Of a DNA stretch of 64,000 nucleotides, positions 8,293 through 18,024 are shown one piece after another. The position numbers and the translations under genes were made by a program. Below the pieces are notes generated by a model. It saw only the letters and a list, made by a program, of their open reading frames with translations, did not search any database and had not been told where the DNA came from. The stretch comes from Acidimicrobiia bacterium (GTDB lineage Bacteria > Actinomycetota > Acidimicrobiia > IMCC26256 > PALSA-555): NCBI GenBank assembly GCA_035948415.1, contig DASZJD010000080.1, positions 2,306 to 66,305 on the forward strand. Reading direction: 5' to 3'. Each line of letters begins with the position of its first letter. Position 1 is the first letter of the stretch.

Positions 8293-9467
8293 GCTGGAAC
8301 CGCGTCGCCGTCGTCGGCGCCGGGCTCATCAAGTTCGGTGAGCTGTTCGACCAGAGCTACGAGCAGATGGCTGCGGGCGCGTTCGCCGCCGCGGTTGAAT
8401 CCGTCGACCACGGCTTCGAGCCCGACCAGGTCGAGGCCGCGTTCGTCGCCACCCAGCGCGGCACGCTCTGGGGCCAGGAGGGCATCGGCGGCAACACCGT
8501 CCCCTCCGCGATCGGCCTCGCAGGGATCCCCTGCACCCGGATCGAGAACGCCTGCCCCTCCGGCGCCGACGCCTTCCGGGTGGGCGCGATGGCGGTCGCC
8601 AGCGGGGTCCTTGACGTCGTCCTCGTGATCGGCGTCGAGAAGATGCGCGACAAGTCGAGCGAGGAGGGGCTCCTCGCTCGGGCCGCGGCCGGGCACCCGA
8701 TCTTCACCCGGGGCGAGACGGCACCGGTGCTGTTCGCTCCGTTCGCGACCCGGCACATGCACGAGTTCGGCACCACCCGAGAGATGCTCGCCGCCGTGGC
8801 GGTCAAGAACCACGCCAACGGCGCCCGGGACCCGTACGCGCACTTCCAGAACGAGATCACGGCTGAGGACGTGCTCGCCTCACCGCCGGTCTGCCACCCC
8901 TTGCACCTCCTGGACTGCTGCCCCCAGACCGACGGCGCCGCCGCGACGCTCCTCGTGCGCGCCGACCTCGCCGACCGGTTCACCGATCGGCCCGTGTACG
9001 TGGCCGGCTTCGGGTCGGCCACCGACCACCCGTACCTCCACGAGAAGTCCAGCTTCGTCGGGCTCAAGGCGACCCAGCTCGCCGCGGAGCGCGCCTACGG
9101 GATGTCGGACCTCGGACCGGCCGACATCGACTGCGCCGAGGTCCACGACTGCTTCACGATCACCGAGATCCTCGACATCGAAGACCTCGGCTTCGTCGAC
9201 AAGGGCAAGGGCGGGGTGTCGTCCCTCGCCGGCGAGACCGCCCTCACCGGCCGCATCCCGATCAACACCTCGGGGGGGCTGCTCGCCAAGGGCCACCCCA
9301 TCGGCGCCACCGGCGTGGCCCAGCTCACCGAGTGCTGGTGGCAGCTGCGCGGCGAGGCCGGTGACCGCCAGGTCGAGCTCCGCCACGGCAACGCGCTCCA
9401 GCACAACGTCGGCGGGCGCGGCTCCGGCGTCTCGGTCATCAACATCCTCACCACGAACCAGCCGTGA
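8289..9467 (+). CDS. SCP-x/nonspecific-lipid-transfer-type thiolase
   Basis: Starts at 'MSWNRVAVVGAGLIKFGE' inside ORF 6966..9467 (ATG overlaps the upstream TGA). Contains 'ENACPSGADAF' (active-site Cys) and the C-terminal 'GGLLAKGHPIGATG'. Confidence 0.8.
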   Translation: MSWNRVAVVGAGLIKFGELFDQSYEQMAAGAFAAAVESVDHGFEPDQVEAAFVATQRGTLWGQEGIGGNTVPSAIGLAGIPCTRIENACPSGADAFRVGAMAVASGVLDVVLVIGVEKMRDKSSEEGLLARAAAGHPIFTRGETAPVLFAPFATRHMHEFGTTREMLAAVAVKNHANGARDPYAHFQNEITAEDVLASPPVCHPLHLLDCCPQTDGAAATLLVRADLADRFTDRPVYVAGFGSATDHPYLHEKSSFVGLKATQLAAERAYGMSDLGPADIDCAEVHDCFTITEILDIEDLGFVDKGKGGVSSLAGETALTGRIPINTSGGLLAKGHPIGATGVAQLTECWWQLRGEAGDRQVELRHGNALQHNVGGRGSGVSVINILTTNQP

Positions 9468-10258
9468 TCCGTTACGACGTGGGCGACGACCACGTCGCGC
9501 GGATCACCCTGGACCGGCCCGAGGCCAAGAACGCGCTCACGATCGAGATGCGCGACGACATCGTCGCCGCCGTCCGCTCCGCCCGGGCCGATCCCGCGGT
9601 GCGGGCGCTCCTCGTCAGCGGGGCCGGCGACGCCTTCTGCGCCGGCATGGACCTCACCGCGTCCACCGTCGCCCACGCGGCGTCACCCGACTTCGAGACC
9701 CGCAGCACCGCCGAGGCGCTGCGGGTGGGCGTGCAGACCTTCATCCGCGAGCTCTGGGACCTCGACAAGCCGACGGTCGCCGCCGTCAACGGCGCCGCCG
9801 TGGGCCCCGGCGCCCACCTGGCCCTCGCGTGCGACTTCGTGCTCGTGCACGCGGACACCCGCTTCCTCTGGTCGTTCGCCCGGTGGGGCCTCGTGGTCGA
9901 CGCCGGCGGCGCCTACCTGCTCCCGCGCCTCGTCGGCCTGCCCCGCGCCAAGGCCATGGTGATGCTCGGCGACGGCGCGCGTGGCGCCGAGGCGGTCGAG
10001 CTCGGGCTCGCGTACCGGTGCGTGCCGGCCGACGAGCTCGACGCGGCCGCGCGCGAGCTCGCCGGCCGCCTCGCCCGCGGACCGACCCGCTCGCTGGGCC
10101 TCTCGAAGCGGCTCCTGAACACCAGCTTCGAGACGCCGCTCGAGCGGTCGCTCGAGCTCGAGGGCGCCTACCAGTCGCTCGCCGCGACCTCACGGGACCT
10201 CGCCGAGGGCATGACCGCATTCCGTGAACGTCGCGACCCCGACTTCGAGGGCCGCTAA
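9464..10258 (+). CDS. enoyl-CoA hydratase/isomerase (crotonase family)
   Basis: 'ARITLDRPEAKNALT' and 'GAGDAFCAGMDL' crotonase motifs. GTGA overlap with the thiolase. Confidence 0.85.
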   Translation: MIRYDVGDDHVARITLDRPEAKNALTIEMRDDIVAAVRSARADPAVRALLVSGAGDAFCAGMDLTASTVAHAASPDFETRSTAEALRVGVQTFIRELWDLDKPTVAAVNGAAVGPGAHLALACDFVLVHADTRFLWSFARWGLVVDAGGAYLLPRLVGLPRAKAMVMLGDGARGAEAVELGLAYRCVPADELDAAARELAGRLARGPTRSLGLSKRLLNTSFETPLERSLELEGAYQSLAATSRDLAEGMTAFRERRDPDFEGR

Positions 10259-10446
10259 CCCGACCTCGGTCGACGCCGCCGACGGCCCGGCTACGATCCT
10301 GACGCCTCCGTCAGGTGCCCGGCACGCGGCCGCGACCGGAGCCGACGACGTGCGGCCGGGCCAGCGTCGAACGACGCCGCCACGGACCGGCCGGGGCCGC
10401 GATCGCCGACCCGAGCGACGCGCCGACACGAGCGGGAGGGTTAGGG

Positions 10447-11364
10447 ATGGGCGCCTTCGACGGGAAGGTTGCGGTCGTCACCGGGGCGGGGCGCGGCATC
10501 GGCCGGGCCGAGGCGCTGCTCCTCGCCGCCGAGGGCGCCGCGGTGGTGGTGAACGACCTGGGCGGCGAGCGCAGCGGGGAGGGCGCCGACCAGCGACCGG
10601 CCCAGCTCGTCGTCGACGAGATCGTCGCCAACGGGGGCCGGGCCGCGCCGAACTACGACGACATCTCGAGCTGGGACGGCGGCGCCGCGCTGGTCGAGCA
10701 GGCCGTCGACGGCTTCGGCGGCCTCGACGTCGTCGTCAACAACGCCGGGATCCTCCGGGACAAGATGAGCTTCAACATGTCCGAGGAGGAGTGGGACGCG
10801 GTGATCCGCGTCCACCTCAAGGGCCACTTCGTGCCCAGCCGCCACGCCGCCGCGTACTGGCGGTCCAAGAGCAAGGAGACCGGCGAGCCCGTCGGCGCCG
10901 CCATCGTCAACACCGCCTCCGAATCGGGCCTGTACGGCAACGCCGGGCAGCTGAACTACGCCGCCGCGAAGGCCGGCATCGCGGCGATGACGATCGTGCT
11001 CGCCCGCGAGCTCGACCGGTTCGGGGTCCGGGTGAACGCCATCGCCCCGGTGGCGCGCACGCGTCTCACCGAGGACCTGGCCGGCGGCGCGTTCGAGGCC
11101 AAGGAGGGCGGCTTCGACGCCTTCGCGCCGGAGAACGCGGCCGCCGGCGCGGTCTGGCTCGCCTCCCCGATGGCGGACGGCATCACCGGCCAGGTGCTGA
11201 AGATCCAGGGGGGGCTGGCCCAGATCGTGCGGGGCTGGCGCCCGATCACCGAGGTCCGCGACGACAAGCCGTGGACCCTCGCCGGCCTCGCGGCCAGCCG
11301 CGACGCCCTCTTCGCCCGGTCCGACCCGGGCCTGCCGCCGTTCTTCCCGCCGGTCGAGGGCTGA
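10447..11364 (+). CDS. short-chain dehydrogenase/reductase (3-hydroxyacyl-CoA dehydrogenase-type SDR with C-terminal extension)
   Basis: Internal ATG 10447 ('MGAFDGKVAVVTGAGRGIGRA' = TGxxxGxG) and the 'NYAAAKAG' YxxxK motif. The upstream 44 codons of ORF 10315.. are Arg/Pro-rich. Confidence 0.85.
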   Translation: MGAFDGKVAVVTGAGRGIGRAEALLLAAEGAAVVVNDLGGERSGEGADQRPAQLVVDEIVANGGRAAPNYDDISSWDGGAALVEQAVDGFGGLDVVVNNAGILRDKMSFNMSEEEWDAVIRVHLKGHFVPSRHAAAYWRSKSKETGEPVGAAIVNTASESGLYGNAGQLNYAAAKAGIAAMTIVLARELDRFGVRVNAIAPVARTRLTEDLAGGAFEAKEGGFDAFAPENAAAGAVWLASPMADGITGQVLKIQGGLAQIVRGWRPITEVRDDKPWTLAGLAASRDALFARSDPGLPPFFPPVEG

Positions 11365-11371
11365 CCGGGCC

Positions 11372-12553
11372 GTGCGCCTCACGTTCGGGCCCGACGTCGA
11401 GGCCTTCCGCGCCGAGCTCGTGACGTTCCTCGACGAGCACGCTCCCGCCGAGGCGCTCGTCGGCTTCGACGTGGCGGACAGCGGCGCCGAGGAGCGCGAC
11501 GAGCTGATCCCCGCGTGGTCCCGGACCTGGCAGGCGACGCTCTTCGACGCCGGGTGGATGATCCCCGGCTACCCGCCCGAGCTCGGCGGGCGCAACGCCA
11601 CCCCGGTGCAGACCCTCGTGTACCTCGAGGAGATGGCGCGCCGGCGGATCCCCCGCTCCCTCCACTTCCCGGGCTACGCGATCGTCGCCCCCAGCCTCCT
11701 CGAGTTCGGCGACGTCCAGCAGCAGGCGCTCGTGGCCCCCGCCATCCGCGGCGACACGATCTGGTGCATCGGCATGAGCGAGCCGAACGCCGGCTCCGAC
11801 CTCGCCGGCCTCCAGACCCGGGCCGAGCTCGACGGGGATCGCTTCGTCGTCAACGGCCAGAAGGTGTGGACGAGCTACGCGATGGTGGCCGAGAAGTGCT
11901 TCGTCTACGTCCGCACCGACCCGACCGTGCCGAAGCACCAGGGCATCAGCCTCCTGATCGTCGACATGGACACGCCCGGCATCGAGGTGCGCCCCCTCCG
12001 CCACCTCAGCGGGGCCGCCAACTTCGCCGAGGTGTTCTTCACCGACGTCGAGGTCCCGGCCGCGAACCTGGTCGGGGCGCTCAACGACGGGTGGCGCATC
12101 ACCCAGGGCTCGCTCGCCCACGAGCGGGCCGGGCTGTGGGTCGAAGGCGTCTCTCGGCTCGAGGCCACGGTGCAGGCGCTCGTCGACCTCGCGACCCGGC
12201 GCGGCCTGACCGGTGACGCCGGCGTGCGCCGCCAGCTCGCCGCCCTCTACGAGCAGGCGGCCTCGCTCCGCGCCCTCGGGTACAAGGGGTTCGCCAGCTA
12301 CGCGCAGGGCTCCTCGGCCCCCGAGCACTCCTACCTGAAGATGGCGACCTCCGAGCTCGGCAAGGCCGCGTACGAGCTCGGGATGCAGCTCCAGGGCGCA
12401 CACGGCGCCACTCGCGACCGCGAGCGCGGGGAGGAGGACGGACGCTGGGTGAACCTGTTCTTCATGAGCTTCGCGAACACGATCGCCGGCGGGAGCAGCG
12501 AGATCCAGCGCAACATCATCGCCCAGCGGGTGCTCGGGCTCCCGAGGTCCTAG
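11372..12553 (+). CDS. acyl-CoA dehydrogenase (full-length subunit)
   Basis: 393 aa with 'CIGMSEPNAGSDLAG', 'QKVWTSYA' and the C-terminal 'GGSSEIQRNIIAQRVLGLP', which are typical ACAD motifs. Confidence 0.85.
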   Translation: MRLTFGPDVEAFRAELVTFLDEHAPAEALVGFDVADSGAEERDELIPAWSRTWQATLFDAGWMIPGYPPELGGRNATPVQTLVYLEEMARRRIPRSLHFPGYAIVAPSLLEFGDVQQQALVAPAIRGDTIWCIGMSEPNAGSDLAGLQTRAELDGDRFVVNGQKVWTSYAMVAEKCFVYVRTDPTVPKHQGISLLIVDMDTPGIEVRPLRHLSGAANFAEVFFTDVEVPAANLVGALNDGWRITQGSLAHERAGLWVEGVSRLEATVQALVDLATRRGLTGDAGVRRQLAALYEQAASLRALGYKGFASYAQGSSAPEHSYLKMATSELGKAAYELGMQLQGAHGATRDRERGEEDGRWVNLFFMSFANTIAGGSSEIQRNIIAQRVLGLPRS

Positions 12554-12556
12554 CGC

Positions 12557-13558
12557 GTGGACTTCACCCTCTCGGACGAGCAGCAGCTGCTCCGTGACAC
12601 GGCCCGCACGCTGCTGGCCAAGGAGTGCCCGACGACGCTCGTGCGCGCCCACATCGAGGACCCGTCGGTCGCCGATCCCCTCTGGGAGCGGCTCCGCGAC
12701 TTCGCGCCGCTCGGGCGGGGGCCGCTCACCGACCTGTGCCTCTTCGTCGAGGAGACCGGCTTCGTGGCCGCACCCGGGCCGTTCTTCGCCACCACTGCGC
12801 TCTTCGCCCCCGTGCTGGCCGCCACCGCGGACCCGCGGCAGGACGCCGCGCTGGCCGGCGAGGCCACCGGCACGGTGGCGCTGGCGGGCGCCGACGGCGT
12901 GTGGCGGGTCAACGCCGAGCCGGTGAAGTGCTTCGTCCCCGAGCTCGACCGGGTCGAGTGGGTCGCCGTCGTCGCGCCCGGGCCGACGGTCACGGTCGTG
13001 CCGACCACCGGGCTGCCGACCCGGCTCCTGACCACGGTCGACTGGTCCCGTCGACTCTTCGAGCTCGACACGCGCCAGCTCGGGGCGTCGCCCGTCGCGG
13101 TCGACCCGGGCGCGCTCGACGCGGCCGTCCGCCGAGCCACGGTGGCCCTGGCGGCCGAGCTCGTCGGCACGGCCCGGCGCATGCTCGACATGGCGCTCGA
13201 GTACGCCAAGCAGCGGGTCCAGTTCGACCATCCCATCGGGTCGTTCCAGGCCATCCAGCACCGGATGGCGGACCTGTCGCTGGCGGTCGAGCGGGCCGAC
13301 GCCGCGGTGCAGTACGCGGCCATGACCTTCGACGCCGACGACCCCGAGGCTCGACGGGCCGCGCACGTCGCCAAGGCCGCGGCCGGCGCGGCCGCCACCG
13401 GCGCCGCCAAGGACAGCATGCAGGTGCACGGCGGGATCGGGTACACGTGGGAGCACGACCTCCATCTCTTCATCCGCCGCGCCTACGGCGCCGAGTCGTG
13501 GCTCGGCACCACCGCCTGGCACCACGACCAGCTCGCCGGTCTCCTGCTCGATCGCTGA
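12557..13558 (+). CDS. acyl-CoA dehydrogenase family protein (shorter partner subunit)
   Basis: 333 aa, starting 3 nt after the preceding ACAD. The C-terminal 'QFDHPIGSFQAIQHRMAD' and 'MQVHGGIGYTWEHDLHLF' are ACAD helical-domain motifs. Confidence 0.8.
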   Translation: MDFTLSDEQQLLRDTARTLLAKECPTTLVRAHIEDPSVADPLWERLRDFAPLGRGPLTDLCLFVEETGFVAAPGPFFATTALFAPVLAATADPRQDAALAGEATGTVALAGADGVWRVNAEPVKCFVPELDRVEWVAVVAPGPTVTVVPTTGLPTRLLTTVDWSRRLFELDTRQLGASPVAVDPGALDAAVRRATVALAAELVGTARRMLDMALEYAKQRVQFDHPIGSFQAIQHRMADLSLAVERADAAVQYAAMTFDADDPEARRAAHVAKAAAGAAATGAAKDSMQVHGGIGYTWEHDLHLFIRRAYGAESWLGTTAWHHDQLAGLLLDR

Positions 13559-13630
13559 GCCGCGCCCCACCGCGCACCGGATCCCGACGCGACGGAGCGA
13601 GCGCGCCGTCCCCGACCGGCGGCGGGGCCG

Positions 13631-15142
13631 CTAGATGCGAGCCGCCCGGCCCGACCAGTGCTGCTCGCGCAGCACCCGCTTCAGCACCTTGCCGTTCGGC
13701 TGGCGGGGCAGCTCGGCGACGAGCTCGAACGAGGACGGGACCTTGAAGTCGGCGAGGTGCTCGCGGCAGAAGACCCGGAGCTCCTCGCCGGTGACCGGCG
13801 CACGTGCCTCGACCACGGCCGCGAGCTGCTCGCCGAGGCGCTCGTCCGGGACGCCGAACACGGCGCAGTCGACCACCGCGGGATGCTGGTACAGGACGTC
13901 TTCGATCTCGCGCGGGTACACGTTGACGCCGCCGCGGATGACCATGTCGACCGCCCGGTCGGTCAGGTAGAGGTACCCGTCGGGGTCGACGTGCCCGACG
14001 TCGCCGACGGTGAAGGCGTCGTCGCGCCACGCCCCCGCCGTCTTCTCGAGGTCGGCGTGGTACTCGAAGCGGGCGCCGCCGGGCGGGCGGACGTAGATCA
14101 GCCCGGTCTCGCCGACGGGGACCTCACGCCCCTCGAGATCCAGGATCCGCACCTCGACGCCGGGCCAGGGCCGGCCGACGCTGCCGGGCCGCGCCAGCCA
14201 CTCCGCCATCGAGATGCGCGTCGCGCCCCCCTCGCTCATCCCGTACAGCTCGGCGACCTCGCAGGGCGCGAGCGCCTCGATGATGCGGCGCTTGACCGGG
14301 ACCGGGCACGGCGCGCCGGCGTGGACGATGAGCCGCAGCGACGAGAGGTCACGCTGCCGGCGCTCCCGCTCCGGCACCTCGAGGACGCGGATGAAGTGGG
14401 CCGGCACCATGAACGTGCGCGTCACCCGATGGCGCTCGACGAGGCGCAGCCACTCCTGGGCGTCGAAGCGCTCGAGGATCACCGTCGTCGCGCCAACGTA
14501 CAGAGCGGCCATGGTCCAGCCCCCGGGGCCGGCGTGGTAGGCGGGACCGGAGACGAGGTGCACGTCGTCGGCCGACCAGCCCCAGAGCGCGAGCTGGCCC
14601 CGCATGTTCGAGCCGCCGCGGGCGCGGTCCGGGCGGCCGTGGACCACGCCCTTCGGGCGACCCGTGGTCCCCGAGGTGTAGAAGATCGGCGCGTCGAGGG
14701 CCTCGATCGGCAGGGGCGGGCCGCTGCCGTCACCCGCGATGGCGGCCTCGTACTCGTCGGGCACCACCAGCAGCTCGCACCCGCTCGCGGCCGCCAGCGC
14801 GGCGCGGCACGACTCGAGCAGGTCCCGGTGGGCGACGAGGAGGCGGGCCCCCGAGTCGGCGAGGATGTAGCCGAGCTCGCCCGCGGTGAGATGCCAGTTC
14901 ACGAGCACGACGGGCGCGCCGAGCTTCGTCGCCGCGGCCCAGGTCTCGAAGAACTCGAGGCCGTTCGGGAGCATCACCGCGACGCGGTCGCCCGGTCCGA
15001 CCCCGGCGCGCTCGAGCCCGCGCGCGAGCCGGGTCGTCCGCTCGTCGAACGCCGCGAAGGTGCGCACCTCGTCGCCGATCACGAGCGCGGGCTTGTCGGG
15101 CGTCGCCCGCGCGTGCGCGGTGATCCCCAGCTCGTCGCTCAC
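13631..15142 (-). CDS. acyl-CoA synthetase / AMP-dependent ligase (FadD-like)
   Basis: 'YTSGTTGRPKGV' AMP-binding motif and 'GDVGHVDPDGYLYLTDR'. 503 aa. Confidence 0.85.
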   Translation of the reverse strand: MSDELGITAHARATPDKPALVIGDEVRTFAAFDERTTRLARGLERAGVGPGDRVAVMLPNGLEFFETWAAATKLGAPVVLVNWHLTAGELGYILADSGARLLVAHRDLLESCRAALAAASGCELLVVPDEYEAAIAGDGSGPPLPIEALDAPIFYTSGTTGRPKGVVHGRPDRARGGSNMRGQLALWGWSADDVHLVSGPAYHAGPGGWTMAALYVGATTVILERFDAQEWLRLVERHRVTRTFMVPAHFIRVLEVPERERRQRDLSSLRLIVHAGAPCPVPVKRRIIEALAPCEVAELYGMSEGGATRISMAEWLARPGSVGRPWPGVEVRILDLEGREVPVGETGLIYVRPPGGARFEYHADLEKTAGAWRDDAFTVGDVGHVDPDGYLYLTDRAVDMVIRGGVNVYPREIEDVLYQHPAVVDCAVFGVPDERLGEQLAAVVEARAPVTGEELRVFCREHLADFKVPSSFELVAELPRQPNGKVLKRVLREQHWSGRAARI

Positions 15143-15314
15143 CGCTAGCGCCCCATCTGACGGTGGTCGGCGCGGCCGTCCGTCACGCCGGCATCGTGCC
15201 CGTCGAGGTCGTCGCGCTGCACGGCGCCGGTCCCCCGTCGCGATCGCCCTGCGATCGCCGCGGCGAGAGCGGTCCGGACCGGCGGTCCAACCCGGCCTCC
15301 GCCGGGACGGGACG

Positions 15315-16091
15315 CTACGCGCGCAGCGCGCCGGGCTCCTCGAGCCACCGGTTCAGCGCCGCCGTGCGGGCGTTCCGACAGATCAGGACGTGCTCGACGG
15401 CCCGGCGGATGCGGCGCTGCTGTCCGGCCGTGACCGCGACCTGGCGGAGGAGGAAGTCGGCCATGCGGCCGTGGTCCTCCTCGGCGTAGGCGTGAACCTT
15501 GAAGTTCTCGACCTCGAGGTCGTAGTGCTGACGCATCCCCTCGTAGAGCATCTTGGCGTAGTTCGTGGAGGCCGCGAACCGCTCGCCGGCCCAGCCGAAG
15601 GCGGCGAGACCCTCCTCGTACGAGCGCCGCATGTAGTAGAGGGTGGTGAACACCGACCCGATGCTCTCGGGCATGGCCCGGTACGAGAGCAGCTCTTCGC
15701 CCGAGATCCCCAGCTGCCCGGCCCAGGTGACCTTCATGTCGACGTGGTTGTGGTCGCCGGTGTAGCCGGTCTCGTCGGCGAGGTTCTGGAGCCAGTGCGC
15801 GAAGTGCTGGCTCGAGCCCAGGTTGAGGGCGTCGACGTCCGGGGCCAGGCTCACGATGGTGCCGAACTCGGTCGTGTACCACTTGCCGAGGAAGTAGTAC
15901 TCCTTGGACAGGCGCCGGAGGAGCTCCTCGGACAGCGATCCGTCGGCGACGCGCTCCCACACCAGGTTCTTCTCGGTGGCCACCTCGGCCTGCAGCGCCT
16001 CGAGCGAGGCCATGAACTCGTCGACGGGCAGGGCGGGCCCGTCCTCGGCGCCGACACCCCTAATGTCTCGGAACTCGCGCTGCTCGGTCAC
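15315..16091 (-). CDS. heme-oxygenase-like fold, iron-containing redox enzyme family (TenA/PqqC/CADD-like)
   Basis: 258 aa, all-helical. Spaced acidic/His pairs ('ADETGYTGDHNH', 'HAYAEEDHGRMAD') resemble di-metal ligand sets of heme-oxygenase-like enzymes. The assignment is tentative. Confidence 0.5.
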   Translation of the reverse strand: MTEQREFRDIRGVGAEDGPALPVDEFMASLEALQAEVATEKNLVWERVADGSLSEELLRRLSKEYYFLGKWYTTEFGTIVSLAPDVDALNLGSSQHFAHWLQNLADETGYTGDHNHVDMKVTWAGQLGISGEELLSYRAMPESIGSVFTTLYYMRRSYEEGLAAFGWAGERFAASTNYAKMLYEGMRQHYDLEVENFKVHAYAEEDHGRMADFLLRQVAVTAGQQRRIRRAVEHVLICRNARTAALNRWLEEPGALRA

Positions 16092-16189
16092 GCCGCTCCT
16101 CCCCCTGCCGCTCGGCGGCCGGTTCCGGCCGAGGGTTTAGGATAGACGTGACAACGGCGTCAGGTTCTGGCCGAGCGGGGAGGAGCGGC

Positions 16190-18001
16190 ATGAACGTCGA
16201 CCTGGTCCAGCTGGCGGGGAGCCGCGGCCGGCTCAGCGGGGCGACGGTCGATCCCGTCACCGCCGAGGTCGTGCGCGGCGCGATGGAGACCATCTGCTTC
16301 GAGATGGCGACGTACGTCTCACGTACCGCCACCACGCCGATCCTGAACCAGAGCAACGAGCGGAACGCGACCGTGCTCGACTACCGAGGCCGTCTCGCCG
16401 CGCTGTCGGTCGGCATCCCGCAGTTCATGCTCACCTCGACGCTGCCGGTCCGCTTCGCCCTCGAGTTCCTCGGCGTCGACGAGTTCCACGAGGACGACGT
16501 GTTCGTGGCCAACGACCCCTACCACGGCGGCGGCCACCTGCCCGACTACAACGTCTTTGCGCCCGTGTTCGCCGATGACGGCCACGGTGGGCGCCGCATG
16601 GTCCTCATCGCCAGCATCCAGTGCCACCACGGCGACACCGGCGGCGGCGTGCCGGGCGGCTACAACGTCACCGCCGGCGACATCTGGGGTGAGGGCGTCC
16701 GCTGGCCGGTCGTGAAGGTGCTCGACCGGGGCGTCGAGCGGCGCGACGTCCTGTACGCGCTGCAGGCCAACAACCGCATCCCGGACTACATCGGTGACCT
16801 GCGAGCTCAGATCGGCGCCGCGCAGCTCGGGGCGGCCCGGCTGAGCGACGTGATCACGCGGTTCGGGCTCGGCGCGGTCGAGGGCAGCGTCGACGTGATG
16901 ATCGACTACGCGGCGAAGCGCTTCCGCGAGGAGGTCGCGACGTGGCCCGACGGGGTCTACGAGGCCGACGCCTACGTCGACCACGACCCGCTCGGTCACC
17001 CCGACATCCGTCTCCACGTCAAGATCACCGTGGACGGCGACCACCTCACGATCGACTACACGGGAAGCGACACCCGTCAGGAGATCCAGGCCTGGTCGAC
17101 GTACGGGAACACGCGCGGCTACACGGTGGCCCAGATCGCCTCGATGATGGACCCGGAGATCCCCAAGAACGAGGGCTTCTTCGACCAGATCCGCCTCGTG
17201 GTCCCCGCCGGCTGCGTGCTGAACCCGCACCCCGGCAAGCCGGTCAGCGCCGGCACCCACCATCCCGGCGCCGACGTCGGCGAGGTGATCGCGGTCGCGA
17301 TGCAGGACGTCCTGCCGGACAAGGCGGTGCCGCAGACCTACAAGACCGGCATCCCGACCATCATCGTCGGCGTCGACCCCCGCACCGGCCAGCCCTTCAC
17401 GGACCACTCCGCCGAGGTCTACGCGGGCTGGTGCAACGCGGCGAAGGGCATGGACGCGTGGGGCGCCCAGAACGCGTCGTTCGGGAACCTCTGGAAGGCG
17501 ACGGCCGAGATCAACGAGAGCCTCTACCCGCACGTCCAGTGGTCCCGTGACTACCGCACCGACTCCGGCGGCGCCGGCGAGTGGCGGGGGCTGTGCGGCA
17601 GCCACTACGAGAAGGAAGTGCTCGTCGACGCCAAGGTGTACACGTACGTCGTCGGGATGAAGTACCCGATGCCGGGGATCTGCGGGGGCCGGCCGGGCGC
17701 GCCGAACGAGATGGTGATCCGGTACGGCAGCGACGATCCGTTCCGGGTGCAGCACACCGCCGAGTGGGTTCCGATCGGCGCCGGCCAGCGGGTCATGTAC
17801 GACTACGGCGGCGGCGGCGGATGGGGCGATCCCCTCGACCGCGACCCGGCGGCCGTGCTCGACGACGTGCTCGACGAGTACGTCAGCGTCGAGGGCGCCG
17901 CCCGCGACTACGGCGTGGCCCTGTGCGGCTCGCTCGAGGACCTGACGCTGGCCGTCGACGCCGACGCCACCCGGGCGCTCCGAGCCTCGGTTCGCGCCTG
18001 A
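16190..18001 (+). CDS. hydantoinase B / oxoprolinase family protein (HyuB-like)
   Basis: ATG 16190 preceded by 'ggggaggag'. 'VDPVTAEVVRGAMETICFEM' and 'NDPYHGGGHLPD' are typical HyuB motifs. Confidence 0.85.
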   Translation: MNVDLVQLAGSRGRLSGATVDPVTAEVVRGAMETICFEMATYVSRTATTPILNQSNERNATVLDYRGRLAALSVGIPQFMLTSTLPVRFALEFLGVDEFHEDDVFVANDPYHGGGHLPDYNVFAPVFADDGHGGRRMVLIASIQCHHGDTGGGVPGGYNVTAGDIWGEGVRWPVVKVLDRGVERRDVLYALQANNRIPDYIGDLRAQIGAAQLGAARLSDVITRFGLGAVEGSVDVMIDYAAKRFREEVATWPDGVYEADAYVDHDPLGHPDIRLHVKITVDGDHLTIDYTGSDTRQEIQAWSTYGNTRGYTVAQIASMMDPEIPKNEGFFDQIRLVVPAGCVLNPHPGKPVSAGTHHPGADVGEVIAVAMQDVLPDKAVPQTYKTGIPTIIVGVDPRTGQPFTDHSAEVYAGWCNAAKGMDAWGAQNASFGNLWKATAEINESLYPHVQWSRDYRTDSGGAGEWRGLCGSHYEKEVLVDAKVYTYVVGMKYPMPGICGGRPGAPNEMVIRYGSDDPFRVQHTAEWVPIGAGQRVMYDYGGGGGWGDPLDRDPAAVLDDVLDEYVSVEGAARDYGVALCGSLEDLTLAVDADATRALRASVRA

Positions 18002-18024
18002 GTCGTCCGGACCTCACCAGCACG

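Noticed and set aside
6966-9467. 833-aa ORF spanning the HMGCS-like gene and the thiolase
   Set aside because: Its first roughly 441 codons are an Arg/Pro/Gly-rich out-of-frame overlap of the well-supported 6886..8292 gene. Only the part from 'MSWNRVAVVGAG' (8289) looks like a real protein.
11246-13570. Very long antisense ORFs. This one is 774 aa; others include 6634..8232, 17908..19917, 20366..22483, 22464..24311, 24139..25608, 36447..38114 and 38105..39775.
   Set aside because: They lie opposite genes with clear family motifs and have the Arg/Gly/Pro/Asp-rich composition of stop-poor frames in GC-rich DNA. I recognised no motifs in them.
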